Below, piece after piece: positions 1-9,583 of a stretch of DNA of 64,000 nt (position 1 is the first letter of the stretch; every line of letters starts with the position of its first letter). The position numbers and the translations under genes are program-made. Under the pieces are notes generated by a model. That model did no database searches, was not told the DNA's origin, and was given only the letters and a program-made list of their open reading frames with translations. Source of the stretch: Candidatus Melainabacteria bacterium 17Bon1m (GTDB lineage Bacteria > Cyanobacteriota > Vampirovibrionia > Obscuribacterales > Obscuribacteraceae); contig JAVLKG010000004.1 of NCBI GenBank assembly GCA_032128875.1, positions 608,001-672,000 of the forward strand. Reading direction: 5' to 3'.

Positions 1-1035
1 GACAAAAGCATCGCACGCCTTGTCTAGTATCGAGCGAGTGCGATCGGCGCTTTCATGAAGAGCTGCACTGGCAAGTTTGCGCGCCATATCCAGGCGTCCT
101 AATTGACGGCATGTGCGCCAGACGACCCAGAAAAATGCCGTGATCATGAAAGTAACCAACAAAATACTTCCGGCTTCGGCATTCACCAGACCAGAGCTTT
201 CACCAACAACACGCATCCAGCCGAAAAGTATCGGAAGCCCGATTGCCGTCGGCAGCAAGGTCCTGGCCATCATTCCTCCGGCATCGCCATTGCTGATGAC
301 GACCATTAGTCCTTCTCGTGGACGTGAGGAAAGAATGCCCAGACTCAAAACAAGAAAAGCGACGGCGGTCGGCAAAATCATGTAGTTAAAACTTTGCGGC
401 GCCGAAAAATACTGCAGCTTATACGTATATCCAATTAAAGCTGAAATTGAAAAGAGCAGAGGTATAAAAGCAAGATGCTGAAACAGTCGAACCCGCCCCA
501 ATGCCGGAGCGTCCATCAAAAGAAGCGAAAGACCGGCAGTGAGAATGCAGATTGCGTTGTTTGGAGCAAGAAGAACAGAGTTCGCGCCCTGTTGTGGATT
601 AATAGACGAGTGGAAAAGAACTGCATCGAGATCCACGCTGAAAAATCCGCTGTAAGACCCAAGTGCGAACGCCCCTATGAGTATTGGCACGAGGGCTGTA
701 ATCTGCGAGGCGGTCGCTGCCTTTTTGTCGGAAACACCCTTCAGCGAATAGAGAAGAGCTGCACCCAGAAAGAGCAGAGAAAGTGATCCAGTATTGGAAA
801 CAGGGTAGTTGCCGGAAATCGGATTTTGCAAATACGGCTGATTCAAAAACCAGCCTGTCAAAGCCAAAACGCCAATGCCCATGGTGATAAAGGCGCACCA
901 ATAGGAAAGAATCACAAATGCCTGGCTGACCTTTGCCGTACTGTCATCCGTCACGGGATTAAGACAGGGCGGTTCGGTCCACGGCACCGGAACTAATTCC
1001 GTCAGAGTGTCGAAAGGCCTTGATGGCGTTATCAT
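1..1035 (-). CDS. Partial (runs off window) multi-pass membrane sensor protein followed by the start of a PAS domain; probably a histidine kinase or similar signalling protein
   Basis: Not in the ORF track. Manual translation from ATG 1035 (AGGAG upstream) stays open to position 1. It has about 7-8 hydrophobic segments (WCAFITMGIGVLALTGWFL ... MILPTAVAFLVLSLGIL ... AGGMMARTLLPTAIGLPILFGWMR) and ends LHESADRTRSILDKACDAFV, a typical PAS entry. Confidence 0.8.
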   Translation of the reverse strand, partial: MITPSRPFDTLTELVPVPWTEPPCLNPVTDDSTAKVSQAFVILSYWCAFITMGIGVLALTGWFLNQPYLQNPISGNYPVSNTGSLSLLFLGAALLYSLKGVSDKKAATASQITALVPILIGAFALGSYSGFFSVDLDAVLFHSSINPQQGANSVLLAPNNAICILTAGLSLLLMDAPALGRVRLFQHLAFIPLLFSISALIGYTYKLQYFSAPQSFNYMILPTAVAFLVLSLGILSSRPREGLMVVISNGDAGGMMARTLLPTAIGLPILFGWMRVVGESSGLVNAEAGSILLVTFMITAFFWVVWRTCRQLGRLDMARKLASAALHESADRTRSILDKACDAFV

Positions 1036-1188
1036 TCGCGAATGCTCCTGGTAAGGCACAGGCTTGAATTCGAAGCACCCCTCGTGCCTCTAAAGCCTGC
1101 TGAAGAACATTCACAAAAACCCCTTATTTACGAATATAGATCACATGCCCAGACTCGGCAACAAGATACCTGCAGCGAAGAATATTTA

Positions 1189-2082
1189 TCAGGCGCGAGC
1201 TCGGATTGGAGTTACATTTTCCTCTTCGTCGTAATTGACACCAGTCATACCGAACAAACCGCGTATTACAGAAGCACTGGTACTGGCTTTCAGCCTTTGC
1301 AGGGTAGATTCTGCACGATCGCACACATAGGGATTTTCATCATCGACAAGCATTTCCAGAACGGAAATACCGAGGTGATAGCATTCGGCCAGTGAAAGTC
1401 GAACATCAATGCTTTCGTCACTAAGGAGCCTGAGAACAGCTTCTTTAGGAGTGTTTGCATTGTCCACTACCTGAGCGCGCACTTCTGCAGATGAATGTTG
1501 CGCCAGTTCCATCAGTACAAAACCAGGCGTATGAGGATGGTCGATCAAGCGTAACGCGGTATGCACAGAGAGGTCTCTCCATGCCCTTCCGACCGCTCTT
1601 AGCTGCTCGGTGGCTTCATCTACCTCGGTAGCAGACTCTTCTTGAATTTCCGCTTCTTCGGCGCTCAAGAAATGAACAGACTTCCAGGTGTCGAACGAAC
1701 CAGTTTCAGTAGACGCATGCAGACTGGCTTTCAGACCAAATACCGGTATTTCTTCGGTTATAGACCGTGTTAGCATTTCAGCAACTGGTGTTTCCTCTTG
1801 AGCAAGATTCTCTGTTTCATCCACAGGAAACAATTTTCCGCGCACAAAATCCTTGCAGATTTCCTCAGTTTCTTTGTCTTGATGCAGTGCTTCTCCCCTT
1901 CGTGCCCGCGCTAGAAATTCACCAGAAGCTATAGATGCCTCCATTCCCTTTTCTTTTTGGCTGATAGCGTGCAGCCGTTCGCGTTCTGCAGATTCGAGGT
2001 CGGACGATTTCACACCTGTGAAAATCCTTTCCAGGTTGTAGAAAGCGTCTTTAAAGGCGTTATTTAGAGAGTTCAATAACAT
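1189..2082 (-). CDS. Hypothetical protein with C-terminal HEAT/leucine-rich-variant helical repeats
   Basis: 297 aa ORF with a GGAGG RBS; repeats such as LAQHSSAEVRAQVVDNANTP, LLSDESIDVRLSLAE, LVDDENPYVCDRA. Confidence 0.7.
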   Translation of the reverse strand: MLLNSLNNAFKDAFYNLERIFTGVKSSDLESAERERLHAISQKEKGMEASIASGEFLARARRGEALHQDKETEEICKDFVRGKLFPVDETENLAQEETPVAEMLTRSITEEIPVFGLKASLHASTETGSFDTWKSVHFLSAEEAEIQEESATEVDEATEQLRAVGRAWRDLSVHTALRLIDHPHTPGFVLMELAQHSSAEVRAQVVDNANTPKEAVLRLLSDESIDVRLSLAECYHLGISVLEMLVDDENPYVCDRAESTLQRLKASTSASVIRGLFGMTGVNYDEEENVTPIRARA

Positions 2083-2399
2083 TACTTACCTCCTGCACGC
2101 AAACATGCGTGTCAAAGAAGCTTCAATACCGCGGATATCAGTTAAACCACCAAGTAGATTTAGCATGGCAATGTGAATACCTCTCACGTTGCCCACGCTG
2201 AGTTGCTCATGTTTCGCTCATGATGCCTTGCCGAAGCCACTCTTGGTTAGCTTCGTGATTGAGACTTTCAGTTTTTTTCTCGTTATTTCCATTATGCCCA
2301 ATGGCGACAAGCGGCAACAATAATTGCCGGTTATTGTAAAGAATGTGAAAAAAGCTCCCTCGCGAGAGTGAGTTTTGATGCGGTTTTGCCAACAGGTGC

Positions 2400-3710
2400 T
2401 TAGAATCGCGTACCAGTCATTTGCATTGCGACGAAGCCACCCGCGGTAACTAGAATGAGTATCAAGACGAGGATGATGATCATCTTCGGGCTTTCATAGA
2501 ACGGCTTGGCTGCGGCATTTGGCTTTGACACAGCAGGAACGATTCCGGACTTGTCTTTGATTTGAGTTCCGGTTTGCACCTGCAAACTTTTGTTGTGCAC
2601 CGAGCTCGGTGCTTCTTTCAATTTCATAGATTCTGCGCCGGCATTGATACGCGCTTTCGACAAATCCTGCCCCCCGCGCTCTGCAGGCTGCATACTCGTA
2701 ACAGTAGAGCGCGGTGCTGCGGGCTTTCTGTTGGCCAAAATCTTGCCTACATGCACAAGCGCATCTCTAAACTCTTCCATCGACTGATAGCGATTGTCCG
2801 GTTTCTTCTCGAGCGCCCTGAAGACAATCGTTTCCACTTCTTTCGGCAACTGCAGATCCGGTCGAATTTCAGCAAACGGTTTTGGCGTTTCTCGCACCTG
2901 CATCTCCATCGTCTCAACGATGGTTTTGCCCATCAAAGCCGGATATCCTGTCAGAGACTCGTAGACCATGGTGCCCATCGAATAAATGTCGGAGCGAGCA
3001 TCAAGGATGTGCCCCATGCATTGCTCTGGACTCATGTAAATCGGACTGCCGAATATCTCACCGGTTTGGGTGAGGTTTTGCGATTGGCGCCCGGAGTTGG
3101 GAAGTAGTTTCGCAATACCGAAATCCACTACTTTCGCGACATCGGACTTACCTTCTTCATCGACAAGCATGATATTGCTCGACTTCAAATCGCGGTGGAT
3201 TACTCCGTGACGGTGCGCATGCGCAAGAGCATCGGTAGCCTGAATAAAGATTTTGATTGCACGCTCGCACTCGACCTGATTGTCTCGACGAATGATGTCC
3301 GAAAGACTCTCACCAACGAGGAAGTCCATTACCAAGTATGGGCGTCCGTCATGAATACCGAAGTCGTAAATCTTGATGATATTTTCGTGCTTGAGAAGAC
3401 TTGCGGCTTGTGCTTCTTGCTGAAAACGCTTTACTGAAGTCGGATCCGAGACCAACTGCGACTGCAAAATTTTGATCGCAACTTCGCGATCGACAAATTC
3501 CTGAACGCCTTTATACACAACGCTCATTCCGCCGCGACCGATCTCATTGAGGACACGGTATTTCTCGGCAAGAACTGCATTGAGCAGAGTGTCTTCTTGA
3601 ACAAGCATCAGCAAAGTGGAATCGACGTCGCAAATTACCGATTGAATCGGAAACTCACGTTGACACTTTGGACAACGTTTTTTCTTTGCTTTTTGTGCGC
3701 CTTCTGCCAC
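2400..3710 (-). CDS. Hanks-type Ser/Thr protein kinase with N-terminal Zn-ribbon and C-terminal TM helix
   Basis: GRGGMSVVY, VAIK, HRDLKSSN, DFG, GSPIYMSPE and DIYSMG motifs; N-terminal CPKC-x10-CDVD; C-terminal hydrophobic MIIILVLILILV. Confidence 0.95.
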   Translation of the reverse strand: MAEGAQKAKKKRCPKCQREFPIQSVICDVDSTLLMLVQEDTLLNAVLAEKYRVLNEIGRGGMSVVYKGVQEFVDREVAIKILQSQLVSDPTSVKRFQQEAQAASLLKHENIIKIYDFGIHDGRPYLVMDFLVGESLSDIIRRDNQVECERAIKIFIQATDALAHAHRHGVIHRDLKSSNIMLVDEEGKSDVAKVVDFGIAKLLPNSGRQSQNLTQTGEIFGSPIYMSPEQCMGHILDARSDIYSMGTMVYESLTGYPALMGKTIVETMEMQVRETPKPFAEIRPDLQLPKEVETIVFRALEKKPDNRYQSMEEFRDALVHVGKILANRKPAAPRSTVTSMQPAERGGQDLSKARINAGAESMKLKEAPSSVHNKSLQVQTGTQIKDKSGIVPAVSKPNAAAKPFYESPKMIIILVLILILVTAGGFVAMQMTGTRF

Positions 3711-3857
3711 GCTTGCTCTTACCTGTCAGGTAGTCGCTTGGAATTAATAGGGTCATCGCGCCCAAGCTCAGGCAATGATAGCAAAGCTTGTTTATACATA
3801 TAAGTGACAAATAGACCGGCGCCGCCCAGCGCTTGATAACATCGAAAAACAGACCTG

Positions 3858-4208
3858 TCAGTCTTTTACAGAATCCTTGGCAACAATTTCTACCGCATTT
3901 CCGGCTGAGTCGGCGATGTAAATCGAGCGGGTGCCGTCTCTGTGGGTTTTCAGGTTGCCAAACTGGTCGGCATTCTCGTGAAGAAAGGCGAGATGGGGCG
4001 GATGCTGATTTGGGACAACCAGCGCCAGCTTGATATTCTCAAAGCGCAAAAACGCCCAGGTCTTGTCCTGATATTCGATTTCGCATTTGAAAGTCTCTCT
4101 ATACCAGTCCACCGCCTTGGCGACATCGTCCACTGCAATCGCCACGTGGTCGATTTTGTCCAACAAATCCAAGTTGGAGGCGTCCTGTCTGTCTTTAGTA
4201 TTGGTCAT
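3858..4208 (-). CDS. VOC/glyoxalase family protein (likely start ATG 4208; ORF track extends to 4256)
   Basis: IDHVAIAVDDVAKAVDWY ... HLAF ... YIADSAGNAVE VOC pattern. Confidence 0.85.
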   Translation of the reverse strand: MTNTKDRQDASNLDLLDKIDHVAIAVDDVAKAVDWYRETFKCEIEYQDKTWAFLRFENIKLALVVPNQHPPHLAFLHENADQFGNLKTHRDGTRSIYIADSAGNAVEIVAKDSVKD

Positions 4209-4368
4209 GGTGAGCTCGGTCAATTTTGTGATCGCCATTATTTTGGCAGAAATCACAGGTTTCTATGATTAAGCCATAGACACGCTAATGCAGGAAGACA
4301 GCGAAGGGTGGATACTGGAACTGTTAACTGAAATTGTTATCTGCACTTGCGATCGCAGCGGAGGTGTC

Positions 4369-4818
4369 TTGAGACGAATATTGCCTTGCGCATTGGCTGC
4401 AGTTTTCCTCACGGCGATGGCATTGCCCGCATTCACTCAAAACAATCTTTCCGCGCGCGAGCAGTGGGCACAGACTCATGAGTCCGGTCAGAGAGCTCTC
4501 GACTCAGGAAATTTCGATCAGGCGGAGTCCATTTTCAAAACGGCTCTGGCGCAAGCAAGAGGGCTTGGATATGCCGGTCCGCTAGCCACAAGTCTGTACC
4601 ACCTGGGCAAAGTCTATTATCTGAAAAAACAATATCCAGAGGCTGAAGCCAACTTCAAAGAGGCTCTGGAAATATACGACGAGCAACCCAGGCGCAACAG
4701 CACTGTTTTGATGCAGCTAGTAAAAGACTATGCAAAAATGCTCAGAGAAACTGGACGGGAGCCGGAAGCTGCCGAGCAGGAAGCGCGCATCAAATCGCCT
4801 GAGCATAGATCGAATTAG
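4369..4818 (+). CDS. Secreted small TPR protein (likely start TTG 4369; ORF track starts 4288)
   Basis: GGAGG precedes TTG 4369; signal peptide; TPR helices LATSLYHLGKVYYLKKQYPEAEANFKEALEI. Confidence 0.8.
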   Translation: MRRILPCALAAVFLTAMALPAFTQNNLSAREQWAQTHESGQRALDSGNFDQAESIFKTALAQARGLGYAGPLATSLYHLGKVYYLKKQYPEAEANFKEALEIYDEQPRRNSTVLMQLVKDYAKMLRETGREPEAAEQEARIKSPEHRSN

Positions 4819-4904
4819 CTCCATCACCTTGAATACTCCTGCCGTTATGCTTCCTAGCTTCCAAGGCTTGCTAATATTAGAGCGCTTCCGCTCTTAGAAA
4901 TTTC

Positions 4905-5597
4905 ATGGCCAAAATCCTCATAATCGAAGACGACAAAAAGCTGGCTGAAGGCGTTATCGACTGGCTGGCGATGGAAAAACACACTGTAGACCATGCCGAA
5001 AGCGGTGAAGATGGACTGCAGCTTCTGTCCAATTTCTCCTACGACCTCGTCATCCTCGACTGGAATTTGCCTGGAATTGACGGGCTTGAGGTTTGCAGGA
5101 GACTTCGCGCCGAAGGAAGTGAGCTGCCGATTCTATTTCTGACGGCCCAAGCAAAAGTCGAGAACGTGGAAACAGGGCTCGATGCCGGTGCTGATGATTA
5201 TTTGCAAAAGCCGTTTCAGGTGCGCGAACTTTCAGCACGCATTCGCAGTCTCATGCGGCGTCCAAAAGGACTGCTGACCAATACGGTTACCGCTGGTTAT
5301 CTAACTGTAGAACTGGATAGCCATTACGTCTTAATTGGTGACAAACGAATCAGCCTCACACCAAAAGAGTTTGCGCTGCTCGAGTATTTTATTCGCAATC
5401 CCAACAAGTTCTTCAGCAGCAAAGCTCTACTGGCTGCAGTCTGGCCTTCGGATAGTGAGAGTGCAGAAGAGTCGGTGCGGACGATTATGTTTCACCTGCG
5501 CAAAAAAATTACGCCCCAGGGCGAGAATTGTTTGATCAAGACCGTTCAAGGTTCCGGTTACATTTACGAAACCGATTCAGCAGGCACGAAAGCCTGA
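4905..5597 (+). CDS. OmpR/PhoB-family response regulator
   Basis: Receiver motifs ILIIEDD, LVILDWNLP, FLTA, GADDYLQKPF, plus winged helix LTPKEFALL ... IKTVQGSGY. Confidence 0.95.
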   Translation: MAKILIIEDDKKLAEGVIDWLAMEKHTVDHAESGEDGLQLLSNFSYDLVILDWNLPGIDGLEVCRRLRAEGSELPILFLTAQAKVENVETGLDAGADDYLQKPFQVRELSARIRSLMRRPKGLLTNTVTAGYLTVELDSHYVLIGDKRISLTPKEFALLEYFIRNPNKFFSSKALLAAVWPSDSESAEESVRTIMFHLRKKITPQGENCLIKTVQGSGYIYETDSAGTKA

Positions 5598-5619
5598 TAC
5601 TGCATTTGATGGCAGGCAA

Positions 5620-6486
5620 TCAAGGCAGCTCGATCATAGTTCGAACGTGCCAGAGGTCGGGGAAACAGCGTTTCGTGAGCGTAGATCGCAAATATCCTAC
5701 GCCTTCACTGCCGCCAGTGCCTTGTTTGAATCCGATAATGCGCTCCACAACAGTGACGTGGTGCATGCGCCAGAGCGCAATGTTTTCATCCAGATCGACC
5801 AGAGTTTCTGCTAACTCGTAAATGTCATAATATTTTTCCGGCTCCTGATAAACCTTGCGGAGCTCTTTGACTCGCTGGCTATGCGCTTTTTGACATTCTT
5901 CAGAACCATCCTCTTCGATTTGATGTGCGACATCGAAGCCTCGGTCAATCAGTAATTTCCAAAACGCATCGGCAAGTGTTGGTTCGTCCAAACGCTTTTG
6001 CATTTGAGCGAGTGCCTCTGGTTCGTTGGTGAAAAACTGCAACAGGCGCGCCTCTTTCATACCGGCGGCGAACTCAATTTCTCTGAATTGAGAAGATTGA
6101 AAACCAGACGCCGGGTTCAATTTAGATCTAAATCCAAGGAAATCGACAGGCATCATCGTTTCTAAAATATGAATCTGATTGACCAGTACTTCTCTGAATA
6201 TCGTTGAAACACGGCGCATGAACCATGTGGCGCGAGGTACGTTTCCGGCTGCCAGTTGTCTCATGCTTTCGTCAATTTCATGCAAAATCAGTTTGAACCA
6301 GAGTTCGTAAGTCTGGTGAATGATGATGAAGAGTGGCTCGTCGTGATGAGCGGGATTTGACTGACAGACCTGCAGCTCTTTGATTTCCTTGATTTTCAAG
6401 TAATTGTTATAGCTAAGAGCGCCTGAGCCATAAGGGCAAATGCCCAAATGGTGTTTCTTCGCATCGGTATCCATTTCACTTGTCAT
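5620..6486 (-). CDS. kynA: Tryptophan 2,3-dioxygenase
   Basis: HDEPLFIIIHQTYELWFK, ASGFQSSQFREIEF, WRMHHVTVVERIIG and GTGGSEGVGYL are TDO signatures. Confidence 0.93.
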   Translation of the reverse strand: MTSEMDTDAKKHHLGICPYGSGALSYNNYLKIKEIKELQVCQSNPAHHDEPLFIIIHQTYELWFKLILHEIDESMRQLAAGNVPRATWFMRRVSTIFREVLVNQIHILETMMPVDFLGFRSKLNPASGFQSSQFREIEFAAGMKEARLLQFFTNEPEALAQMQKRLDEPTLADAFWKLLIDRGFDVAHQIEEDGSEECQKAHSQRVKELRKVYQEPEKYYDIYELAETLVDLDENIALWRMHHVTVVERIIGFKQGTGGSEGVGYLRSTLTKRCFPDLWHVRTMIELP

Positions 6487-7807
6487 TGCTTTCTCCCGAC
6501 GTTGGCACTGCAGGTTTTTCTTCTTTCTTCGGCTCTACTTTCGTTTCTGGTTTCGGTGCTGTTTTACTTTCTGCTTTAGATTCTTGAGGCTTTTTATCAA
6601 GGTCTGGCGCCGGCTTCAGTTCAGTGTCAGCCGAGGGCGTATCCCCCTTTTCCTCTGCCTTTGGTTTGGTTTCATTCCTAGGCTCCGGCTTAGCCTCAGG
6701 CTGAGATTTTTTTGCCTTCTCTTTCTTTGCCTTTTGAGGTTTCTTCTTTTCTAACGCCTGCATTGGTTTGCCAGCAACCAGAGGCAACGACACATCAGTA
6801 TCCAAGCGTGTGCCTTCCGCTATCGCAGCGAATGTGGCCGGCTTGTTGCTCGAATATTTGTAGGCCAGTGCACAGGAGATAAATGCGTTTTTGGCCTTCT
6901 TTATCAAAGCGGGAAATGAAATTTGATATGTTTCGACATTGATTGCCTCTGGGCTTACATGAAACAACCGATAAGCGCATGGATAGACAGCAAGACTCGG
7001 TGAGGAAACGTACCAGATATTGTTTTCTTGCTGGACTTTGCTCGTATGCACGTGCCCACTAACAGCAAGGCGTACATATTTTGACGTGGCGAAAATCTCT
7101 CGCGCATTTGCACCGTTTGGCACCGTGTAATCATCCCAGGGCGGGCCGGAATCATAGGGAGATGGCGGCAAAAGCGGGTGATGAGAGAAAACGATAGTGA
7201 ACCGCCGCTGGTGCAGTTTTAAATCTTCCTTCAACCACTCACCTTGAGCGCGACCAAAATCTCCAGTATTGGAATTAGTGCGGCTGGTGTCGAGTCCTAT
7301 GATGTGCACGCCGTCCACAGGATCCTGCGACCAATAAGACTTGGTTGATTCAATGCCTTTGCCTTTCCAGTCAGGACCATAAGTGCGCATTTTGTCCACC
7401 GGAGCAATACCGGATACATCTGATTCACCCAAGACGAAATTCCAGGGCTTGTTCAGGCTCTGGGCAACATCAATGAAGAGCTGCCAATTGGTATCGTCTC
7501 GTCCAGGACCCTCGACGTTGTCGCCGCCGAAGATAGTAAAGTCGACATTCTTCTCATTTAAGCTCTTGACCACATCCTGCAAGAAGAGCTGACTTTCCTG
7601 CAGCATCTTGTAACTGTCAGGCTGTCCTATGCACAGGTGCGCATCAGTCACATAGCCAAAGGTGAATGGCTCGAAAAGTCCGACCGCTGCCTTGGCTTCT
7701 TGGGTCAGTCCAAGACAGCTAACCCCTGCCAGTCCGAAGAGAAATCGGCGCCGGCTCATCATTGACAGACTTTTCGCTTTATCTTGGTAATTTGAAGAAG
7801 AATCCAA
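6476..7807 (-). CDS. Tat-exported calcineurin-like metallophosphoesterase with K/P/E-rich tail (start uncertain; ORF track 7879)
   Basis: SRRRFL twin-arginine signal; TDAH, GGDN, HHP and GHVH motifs; GES in place of GNH. Confidence 0.8.
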   Translation of the reverse strand: MDSSSNYQDKAKSLSMMSRRRFLFGLAGVSCLGLTQEAKAAVGLFEPFTFGYVTDAHLCIGQPDSYKMLQESQLFLQDVVKSLNEKNVDFTIFGGDNVEGPGRDDTNWQLFIDVAQSLNKPWNFVLGESDVSGIAPVDKMRTYGPDWKGKGIESTKSYWSQDPVDGVHIIGLDTSRTNSNTGDFGRAQGEWLKEDLKLHQRRFTIVFSHHPLLPPSPYDSGPPWDDYTVPNGANAREIFATSKYVRLAVSGHVHTSKVQQENNIWYVSSPSLAVYPCAYRLFHVSPEAINVETYQISFPALIKKAKNAFISCALAYKYSSNKPATFAAIAEGTRLDTDVSLPLVAGKPMQALEKKKPQKAKKEKAKKSQPEAKPEPRNETKPKAEEKGDTPSADTELKPAPDLDKKPQESKAESKTAPKPETKVEPKKEEKPAVPTSGESNDK

Positions 7808-8070
7808 GGTGTGTCCCTTTCCAACAGTCCGGCGGAAATATGAATGCTTCCAGTCCGGTCCAGAACATACAGCCATCACTTTATAGCGAATGTCCTCTAC
7901 TTAGCTAATACAAAGCCAGGGACCATCGCATAGTTAGTTACTTTTTAGGCCGCGAGAACCTTCCTTACGACAGATGCGCAGGTTCGGGCGATTATCAGGA
8001 TGTATACTCATTTGCCTGGCGCGCCCATTGAGCAGCTCCCTGCCTGGGAGAACTCGTATTAGATAGGACT

Positions 8071-8535
8071 ATGACCATGACTACGGAAACAAAACAAGAG
8101 CTCGATATCCTGGAAATCAAAAAGCTTTTGCCGCACCGATACCCATTTTTGCTTATTGATCGTGTTACCAGCCTCAATCCGGGTCACGGTGCATCTGGAT
8201 TCAAGAATCTAACGGCGAATGAGCAATTTTTCGAAGGGCATTTTCCACATAAGCCAATCATGCCGGGCGTTTTGATGATCGAAGCGCTGGCACAATTGGG
8301 CTGCATCGCGCTTTTGAGCCATGAGAATTTCAAGGGCAAGCTGGGCGTTTTTACCGGCATCGATGGAGTCAAATTCCGCCAGATGGTTGTCCCGGGCGAC
8401 AGACTGGACATGTCGGTAGAGCTTTTGAAACTCAAAGGACCGCTCGGCAAAATGAAAGGCACAGCCAAAGTGGGAGATAAAGTTGCTTGCGAAGGTGAGA
8501 TCAGCTTCGCCATGATCGATGCAGAAGGTCAATAG
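8071..8535 (+). CDS. fabZ: 3-hydroxyacyl-ACP dehydratase
   Basis: LPHRYPFLLIDRV and FFEGHFP-x-KPIMPGVLMIEALAQ; directly upstream of lpxA. Confidence 0.97.
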   Translation: MTMTTETKQELDILEIKKLLPHRYPFLLIDRVTSLNPGHGASGFKNLTANEQFFEGHFPHKPIMPGVLMIEALAQLGCIALLSHENFKGKLGVFTGIDGVKFRQMVVPGDRLDMSVELLKLKGPLGKMKGTAKVGDKVACEGEISFAMIDAEGQ

Positions 8536-8574
8536 GTCTGCAAACCACTTAAAGAGTCACAGGAAGTAGATTCG

Positions 8575-9411
8575 ATGGTAAGTCAAACAACATCCATTCA
8601 CAAAACTGCCGTCATCAGTGATGGCGCCAAGATCGCCGAAGACGTCGAGATTGGTCCTTATGTAGTAATCGGAGATAACGTCTCCATCGGCAGAGGCACA
8701 AAAATAGGACCTCATGCAGTAATCGATGGAGTAACAACTATCGGTGAAAACTGCAATATTTTTGCCGGAGCCGCAATCGGCTTGCCACCACAAGACCTCA
8801 GTTATAAAGATGCACCGACTGGCGTCATCATGGGAAACAATTGCACGATTCGCGAATACGTGACCATACACCGCGGGTCAAAAGATCCGATGACATTGCT
8901 CGGCAATAATTGCTTTCTGATGAACTACTCTCACGTTGCCCATGACTGCAAAGTTGGAAACAACGTCATCATGGCCAATGGCACCACATTAGGTGGCCAC
9001 GTCGAAGTAGGAGACTTTACGGTATTCGGCGGCCTGGTAGTTTTCCATCAATTCGTCAGAATTGGCAGATTCAATATGGTGTCCGGCAACTCGGGTACCA
9101 GAGTTGATTTGCCGCCCTTCGCATTGACAGACGGACGCCCGCTTTATGTAAGAGGGATAAACGTTGTCGGTTTGCGCAGAGCAAAAATTGCGGCCAATGT
9201 CAGGTCGGCAATTAAAGAAGCCTATCGATTGCTCTACCGCTCGGATTTGAACATGGCAAATGCCTGTACAAGGATTGAGGAAGAGATCGAGCAGTTCGAC
9301 GAAATCAAAGAGATTGTCAACTTCATCCGTGGAAGTAAGCGCGGAGTGGCCCGTGGCAATTTGGGCAATTCGTACGATCTGAGCAGCGAAGAAGACGGAA
9401 GAGCCGACTAA
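8575..9411 (+). CDS. lpxA: Acyl-ACP:UDP-N-acetylglucosamine O-acyltransferase
   Basis: Hexapeptide repeats, PPQDLSY, IREYVTIHRG, HVAHDC, GINVVGLRR. Confidence 0.96.
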   Translation: MVSQTTSIHKTAVISDGAKIAEDVEIGPYVVIGDNVSIGRGTKIGPHAVIDGVTTIGENCNIFAGAAIGLPPQDLSYKDAPTGVIMGNNCTIREYVTIHRGSKDPMTLLGNNCFLMNYSHVAHDCKVGNNVIMANGTTLGGHVEVGDFTVFGGLVVFHQFVRIGRFNMVSGNSGTRVDLPPFALTDGRPLYVRGINVVGLRRAKIAANVRSAIKEAYRLLYRSDLNMANACTRIEEEIEQFDEIKEIVNFIRGSKRGVARGNLGNSYDLSSEEDGRAD

Positions 9412-9583
9412 TCTTCGTACTATTTAAATAGGTAGTAATCCACACCTTGTCAGGTGGCCTCTGTCATAACTTGCCAGCCTGTGCCGCCGGAGGCAAATGC
9501 CGCCCTGTGCACTCCTTGGGCGGTGAGATTCTTTATCCGCCAAAATGATAGAGTAAGGTTACTTTACGCGCCGGTAGCCATTT

